Shown piece by piece: positions 17,203 to 21,575 of a stretch of 24,000 bases of DNA. Below the pieces are notes generated by a model. It was not told where the DNA came from. It ran no database searches and was given only the letters and a program-made list of their open reading frames with translations. Made by a program: the position numbers and the translations under genes. The stretch comes from a bacterium (lineage in GTDB: Bacteria; Patescibacteriota; CPR2_A; CG2-30-33-46), in NCBI GenBank assembly GCA_037442065.1, contig JBBIQZ010000001.1:15943-39942 (forward strand), written 5' to 3'. The stretch's first letter is position 1. Every line of letters starts with the position of its first letter.

Positions 17203-19581
17203 GTGACCACCGACGACAGCAGAATTTTTCATTATCTAGTTAGAGAAATAGAAAACACTGGTTTGCCAAAAGAAGCAGTTGAAGAAATTATTGAAGTTGT
17301 TGGCAAGAAATTTGAAAAATACAAAAGAACTTCCAAAGGCCAGCTGGAAATGACCGAAATTATTAAGGTGGTTAAAGAAAAAGAAGAATATAAGGACTCA
17401 ACAGATCTGCATCTTTTGGTTTCAGCGCCGACTAAAGGAGAAATTTCTGACTGGGACAAAAAAAGGATAACGGATGCTTTAATAAAAGAAGCTCAACTTT
17501 CAGAAGAAGAAGCCGAAGATATTGCTTTTGCTGTCGAGAAAAAAGTCTTTTCAGCAGGCATTAGGACTATCAATGTAAATTTTTTAAGAGAGTTGGTTGA
17601 CAACGAATTATTTGAAAGGGGCTACCAAACAAAACTTCAGAAACAAGAAGTTATTGGTATGTCCACTTATAATATTAACCAGCTTATTTTTTCTAATACA
17701 AAAGAAAATTCAAATATAAAATCTAACAATCCAGAGGCTGTAAACTTAGGGATTGCCGAGACAATCTTAAAACAATATGCTTTAAAAGAAGTTTTTTCTC
17801 CGGAGGTTGCCGATGCCCATATGAAGGGGGTGGTTCATCTTCATGATTTAGGTTATCCGGTTAGGGCTTATTGCTCGGCTCACTCAATAGAGTATATAAA
17901 AAAGTACGGTTTAAGGCTTGATAATCTTTCAACCGCTTCCTCTCCGCCAAAATATGCTTCTACTTTAACTGGTCATATAAATACCTTTTTGGCCTCTATG
18001 CAGGCTTATTATGCCGGAGCCCTGGGTTTAGCTTATGTTAATATTTTTTATGCCCCTTTATTAGTCGGCAAAACAGAAGAGGAGTTAAAACAAGAAGCTC
18101 AATATTTGATATTCTCTTGTTCCCAAAATGCTTTTTCTAGAGGCGGGCAAACTTTATTTATTGATTTCAATGTTCATTTAGGAATTCCTGATTATCTAAA
18201 AGATGTTCCGGCCATTGGAGCAAAAGGTAAATACACCGGTAAAGGATATGGCGCTTACGAAAAAGAAGCCCAAGCATTCCTTAAGGCAATGATGGATGTG
18301 TGGAGGGAGGGCGACGTTGACGGCAAGCCTTTTCCATTTCCTAAAATGAATCTTCACGTTGACGAAAAAGCTTTCAAAGAACCCAAACAGCGAGAACTTT
18401 TAGAGTATGCTTGTAAAATTTCTTCAGAAAACGGCGCTCCTTATTTTGTGTTTGACCGCGACAAAGTTAATCTTTCAATGTGTTGCCGTTTAAAAACGAA
18501 TATTACCGATAAATATGTAATAGAACATCCGGAAAGCATGCGGTTTTGCGGGTTTCAAAATGTTACTGTAAATTTACCCCAAGCTGCTTATCGGGCTGGC
18601 AGAATTAGTAAAGGTGATTCTGATTTGGTAATTGAGGAAGTTAAAAAAGCGATGGATATTGCCATGAAAGCCCATTTTGAAAAAAAGGAATTCATTCAAA
18701 GTTTAATGGAACCGGGCAGGCCAATGGCCCAAGCCGGCAAATTAACGGCAGACGGCAGACCTTACATCGATTTAGAAAAAGCCAGCTACATAATTGGAAT
18801 GATTGGTTTAAACGAATGCGTTAAATACATAATCGGAAAACCGCTGCATCAAGACGATGAGGCTTTAAGGTTGGGTCTTAAAATTATCGGTGCGATGTAT
18901 CTTAAGGCTAAAGAGTACGAAAAAGAAACAGGCTTAAAGGTGGTTCTAGAAGAGACGCCAGCTGAGTCAACTTCTTTGCGATTAGCCAAGGTAGATTTAA
19001 AAGATTATCCAGAATCGCAATATTATGTTAAAGGTGATGTTGAGTCAGGAACCGTTTATTACACAAACAGCGTTCATTTGGAAGCCGACGCGCCGGTTGA
19101 TATTACCGAAAGGATTGAAAAGCAAGGAAAATTTAATAATTTGATAGAAGCAGGCTGCATTACCCATGTTTTTCTAGGCGAGCAGAGACCTTCTGCGGAA
19201 AGTATTTATTTATTAGTTAAAAGGACTTGGGACAATACTTCATCAGCTCAAATAGTTATTTCGCCGGAGTTTACTGTTTGCAATGACTGCCAAAAGGTTA
19301 GCGCCGGATATAAAAGGGAAGTTAATAAACCCGGTATTATCAAGAATAAGATTTTAAGAAATGATATAATTTGGTATAAGTGTCCTTTGTGTGGCTTTGA
19401 GGCAGAAGCCTTATATAAAGGGACCCAAGATAATGTTTCACTTGATGAGCAATATATCATTTGCGGTGATGGAGAAAAAGGCGGCTGTAAAAAAATTATA
19501 AATCTAAGCGTTTCTAAGATGCTGGAAAAAGGGTTTTTGAAAAAGAAGGAGAAAAAAAGAAAAATTAACAAAATAAATTAA
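17203..19581 (+). CDS. nrdD: Anaerobic (class III) ribonucleoside-triphosphate reductase, large polypeptide lacking the glycyl-radical motif
   Basis: GTG start after the SD aagagg. ATP-cone-like segment (KKRITDALIKEA...FLRELVDNELFERGY). Class III core with the MCCRL active-site stretch. CNDC (19279-19290) and CPLCG (19381-19395) are present. The ORF then ends in a non-conserved Cys/Lys-rich tail (KKKEKKRKINKIN) without an RxxGY motif. Confidence 0.88.
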   Translation: MTTDDSRIFHYLVREIENTGLPKEAVEEIIEVVGKKFEKYKRTSKGQLEMTEIIKVVKEKEEYKDSTDLHLLVSAPTKGEISDWDKKRITDALIKEAQLSEEEAEDIAFAVEKKVFSAGIRTINVNFLRELVDNELFERGYQTKLQKQEVIGMSTYNINQLIFSNTKENSNIKSNNPEAVNLGIAETILKQYALKEVFSPEVADAHMKGVVHLHDLGYPVRAYCSAHSIEYIKKYGLRLDNLSTASSPPKYASTLTGHINTFLASMQAYYAGALGLAYVNIFYAPLLVGKTEEELKQEAQYLIFSCSQNAFSRGGQTLFIDFNVHLGIPDYLKDVPAIGAKGKYTGKGYGAYEKEAQAFLKAMMDVWREGDVDGKPFPFPKMNLHVDEKAFKEPKQRELLEYACKISSENGAPYFVFDRDKVNLSMCCRLKTNITDKYVIEHPESMRFCGFQNVTVNLPQAAYRAGRISKGDSDLVIEEVKKAMDIAMKAHFEKKEFIQSLMEPGRPMAQAGKLTADGRPYIDLEKASYIIGMIGLNECVKYIIGKPLHQDDEALRLGLKIIGAMYLKAKEYEKETGLKVVLEETPAESTSLRLAKVDLKDYPESQYYVKGDVESGTVYYTNSVHLEADAPVDITERIEKQGKFNNLIEAGCITHVFLGEQRPSAESIYLLVKRTWDNTSSAQIVISPEFTVCNDCQKVSAGYKREVNKPGIIKNKILRNDIIWYKCPLCGFEAEALYKGTQDNVSLDEQYIICGDGEKGGCKKIINLSVSKMLEKGFLKKKEKKRKINKIN

Positions 19582-19585
19582 TTTA

Positions 19586-19650
19586 GGACCCGTCCTCACC
19601 TCCAGTTTCTGACGGGTCTCAGCCCGCGATAAAGAATGGATATTTCGCGG
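19586..19650 (+). other. Two GC-rich hairpins in the 86-nt spacer between the nrdD pieces
   Basis: Hairpin 1: gacccgtc (19587-19594) / gacgggtc (19611-19618) with a 16-nt loop ctcacctccagtttct. Hairpin 2: ccgcga (19624-19629) / tcgcgg (19645-19650) with a 15-nt loop. Neither is followed by a T run. Confidence 0.55.
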
Positions 19651-19667
19651 CCTCGAAAGGAGAAAAT

Positions 19668-19874
19668 ATGACCGACTTAAAAATTTTAACCAAAGAAGAA
19701 ATTCATGAATTAGCCCATAAGGAAGGCGGCAGTTTAGCCACTTGTCCTTTTTGCGGTTCGGAAAATGTTTATGGAATTTCTAGAGTTGTAGGTTATTATT
19801 CCCCAATTAATAATTGGAATTTATCCAAAAAAGCAGAGTTTGACGCCCGTCAGCAAGGCGATTACAGATTATAA
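19668..19874 (+). CDS. Stand-alone NrdD C-terminal module (zinc knuckle plus glycyl-radical motif), 68 aa
   Basis: Strong SD ggag (19659-19662) 5 nt before the ATG. CPFCGS-x8-SRVVGYYSPINNWNLSKKAEFDARQ is the canonical class III RNR C-terminus. The predicted radical Gly codon is at 19791-19793. Confidence 0.82.
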   Translation: MTDLKILTKEEIHELAHKEGGSLATCPFCGSENVYGISRVVGYYSPINNWNLSKKAEFDARQQGDYRL

Positions 19875-19910
19875 AATAAATTTTTTAATTCAGTTTTAAT
19901 TTCATAAATT

Positions 19911-20162
19911 ATGAGAGTTTTAGTTTTTACCAAAAAAACTTGCCCTAAGTGTCCGCCAGCGAAAGAATTGGCTTCTTTGCTAAAAGATAAAGAGGTTGAT
20001 GTTTCTCTATACGATTTAGAAACAGCTGACGGTTTAGCCGAAGCTTCAATGTATGGGGTGATGGCGACACCAACAATTATTATTGTTGGCGAAAAGGGAA
20101 CGGAAAAAAAATCTTTTAGAGGAGTCGTTCCGTCTTTAGAAGAGGTAATGGGGGTTTTATAA
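19911..20162 (+). CDS. Small thioredoxin-fold redoxin (glutaredoxin/NrdH-like, CPKC active site)
   Basis: 83 aa with beta-alpha-beta layout and active site TCPKCP at residues 10-15. A cis-Pro context ATPTIII is present. It sits between nrdD and nrdG. Confidence 0.75.
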   Translation: MRVLVFTKKTCPKCPPAKELASLLKDKEVDVSLYDLETADGLAEASMYGVMATPTIIIVGEKGTEKKSFRGVVPSLEEVMGVL

Positions 20163-20163
20163 T

Positions 20164-20865
20164 ATGTCTTTAGGGATAAAAGGATTTAATCCTACATCGT
20201 TAATAGACTGGCCCGGCAAAATTGCAGCCGTTATTTTTTTGCCCGGCTGCAACTTTCGCTGCCACTATTGCTGCAACCCCGAGTTTCTAAGCGGATTTGA
20301 TAAAATTAAAGATATTGACGATGATGTTATTTTTGGTTTTTTAGAAAAGAAAAAGAAGTGGCTTGATGGCGTAGTGATGCTGGGCGGTGAACCAACTATT
20401 CATAAAAATTTCTGGACGATTATCGAAAAAATTAAAAGTTTAGGATTAAAAATTGCTGTTCACACAAACGGTACTAATCCAAAATGTCTTAAGGAGCTTT
20501 TAGGAAAAGATTTGGTTTCTTTTTTTGCTATGGACATAAAAGCACCTTTGGATTCTTACAAAAAAGTGGTGGATGTTGAATTTGATTCTGAAGCCATCAA
20601 GGAAAGTGTTCAAATTATAAAAAATTCTAACATTGATTATGAATTTAGAACCACAGTTGTTCCTGGACTTTTAGACAAAGAAGATATTGCAAAAATTAGT
20701 AAATGGCTTTCGGGCTCTAAGAAATATTTTATCCAGCAATTCAAGCCCGAAAAAGTACTAGATCTAAAATATAAACTGGTTGTTCCTTTTAAAGTTCCTA
20801 GCCTTTTGGAATTTAAAAAGATTGCCGAGCCTTATTTTGAAAAAGTAGAAATCCGCGGAATCTAA
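20164..20865 (+). CDS. nrdG: Anaerobic ribonucleotide reductase activating enzyme (radical SAM)
   Basis: Radical-SAM cluster motif CNFRCHYC near the N-terminus, then GGEPT, in an nrdD operon context. Confidence 0.88.
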   Translation: MSLGIKGFNPTSLIDWPGKIAAVIFLPGCNFRCHYCCNPEFLSGFDKIKDIDDDVIFGFLEKKKKWLDGVVMLGGEPTIHKNFWTIIEKIKSLGLKIAVHTNGTNPKCLKELLGKDLVSFFAMDIKAPLDSYKKVVDVEFDSEAIKESVQIIKNSNIDYEFRTTVVPGLLDKEDIAKISKWLSGSKKYFIQQFKPEKVLDLKYKLVVPFKVPSLLEFKKIAEPYFEKVEIRGI

Positions 20866-20881
20866 TCCGTCAGAGACGGAT

Positions 20882-21015
20882 AAATTCCAAGCACGAAGCA
20901 CCAAATCCCAAACAAATTCCAAATTCCAATTACCAAATAATCGAAACAGGTTTTGGTTATTGAGATTTTGGTCATTGTGATTTATTTGACATTTGTAATT
21001 TGTTATTTGGAATTT
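20882..21015 (+). other. ~135-nt extended imperfect hairpin with an A/C-rich 5' arm and a G/T-rich 3' arm
   Basis: Outer pairing aaattccaa (20882-20890) / ttggaattt (21007-21015). Inner pairings: aacaaatt (20911-20918) / aatttgtt (20997-21004); caattaccaaa / tttggtcattg; and an apical 12-bp stem aaataatcgaaa (20935-20946) / ttttggttattt (20951-20962) containing G:U pairs. The wobble pairs form only in + strand RNA. Confidence 0.45.
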
Positions 21016-21028
21016 AGAGATTTATAAT
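21000..21028 (+). promoter_or_regulatory. Putative promoter giving a leaderless yggT mRNA
   Basis: ttgtta (21000-21005), a 17-nt spacer, then tataat (21023-21028). The ATG at 21035 starts 7 nt after the -10 and has no SD. Confidence 0.4.
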
Positions 21029-21034
21029 ATATCT

Positions 21035-21295
21035 ATGTTAAATTTACTTGTTACTGCTATTGATATTTTTACCGAACTTATGGTTATTTTTATTTTTGTT
21101 AGAGTGATTCTTTCTTGGTTTACGGTAAAAAATAGGTTTGCTGAATTAATTTTTGAATTAACAGATCCAATTCTTTCGCCTATACGAAAGATTCTTCCTA
21201 AGGCTTCTTTTTTGGATTTTTCGCCCCTTGTAGCAATTTTACTGCTTCAAGGTTTTCAATATTTAATACACGTTTTAACTAAGATTCCTTATTGA
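21035..21295 (+). CDS. yggT: YggT/YlmG-family small membrane protein
   Basis: 86 aa with two hydrophobic helices and family-typical FVRVILSWF and DPILSPIRKILP motifs. Stop is TGA at 21293-21295. Confidence 0.8.
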   Translation: MLNLLVTAIDIFTELMVIFIFVRVILSWFTVKNRFAELIFELTDPILSPIRKILPKASFLDFSPLVAILLLQGFQYLIHVLTKIPY

Positions 21296-21516
21296 TGAAG
21301 ATTTCTGTAAAAGTTATTACCAAAGCAAGCGAAAATAAAGTTGAGTACGATAAAGAAAATAAAGTTTATAAAGTAAAAGTTACGGTTCTGCCGGAAAAAG
21401 GAAAAGCAAATAAGAAGGTAATAGAACTCTTAGCTAAGTATTTTAAGAAAAACAAAAAAGATTTTTTGATTCTGTCTGGTAAAAGCTCTAGCAAGAAGAT
21501 TGTGGAGGTAAAGTAG
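21295..21516 (+). CDS. DUF167 (YggU-like) protein
   Basis: V.V.PEKGKANKKVIELLAKYFK is typical of DUF167. The ATG at 21295 overlaps the yggT stop (tgATG). The track's TTG at 21292 is an alternative start. Confidence 0.75.
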   Translation: MKISVKVITKASENKVEYDKENKVYKVKVTVLPEKGKANKKVIELLAKYFKKNKKDFLILSGKSSSKKIVEVK

Positions 21517-21575
21517 TATCTCTTTTCTACCTTTTGACGATACAAAATTAGGAGATTTTTTGCTATTATACTTAT

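Noticed and set aside
19248-19571. 107-aa minus-strand ORF antisense to the unusual C-terminal tail of nrdD. I considered it as a possible intron- or insertion-encoded protein.
   Set aside because: The sequence is low-complexity and hydrophobic. It has no endonuclease, transposase or other catalytic motifs and no start context. Most likely it is a shadow of the Lys/Glu-rich sense frame.
19595-19662. Anti-SD-like CACCTCC in the loop of spacer hairpin 1, as a possible sequestrator of the downstream SD.
   Set aside because: Complementarity to the actual SD region (gaaaggagaaaa) is only about 4 bp (ctcc/ggag). That is too weak to claim on its own.
19279-19874. Simple frameshift, stop-codon read-through or an intein as the explanation for the split nrdD.
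   Set aside because: - The two ORFs are in different frames and separated by a stop plus 86 nt. About 100 non-homologous residues precede the stop, and 25 novel residues follow the new ATG, so a single indel cannot restore a canonical NrdD.
- An intein would be in-frame without a stop and would carry Cys/Ser...His-Asn splice junctions. None is seen.
- A group I intron could not be confirmed or excluded by eye and is kept as an alternative in the finding.
20976-20991. tgtga-tttatt-tgaca, a CRP-like site upstream of yggT.
   Set aside because: The right half deviates at the key position (TGACA versus TCACA). The site lies inside the long hairpin's GT arm. The spacing to the putative promoter, about -51.5, is not a canonical activation position.
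21517-21575. T-box riboswitch upstream of ileS.
   Set aside because: Only 59 nt separate DUF167 from ileS. That is far too short for a T-box, and no T-box consensus (AAUUAGGGUGGUACCGCG-like) is present.
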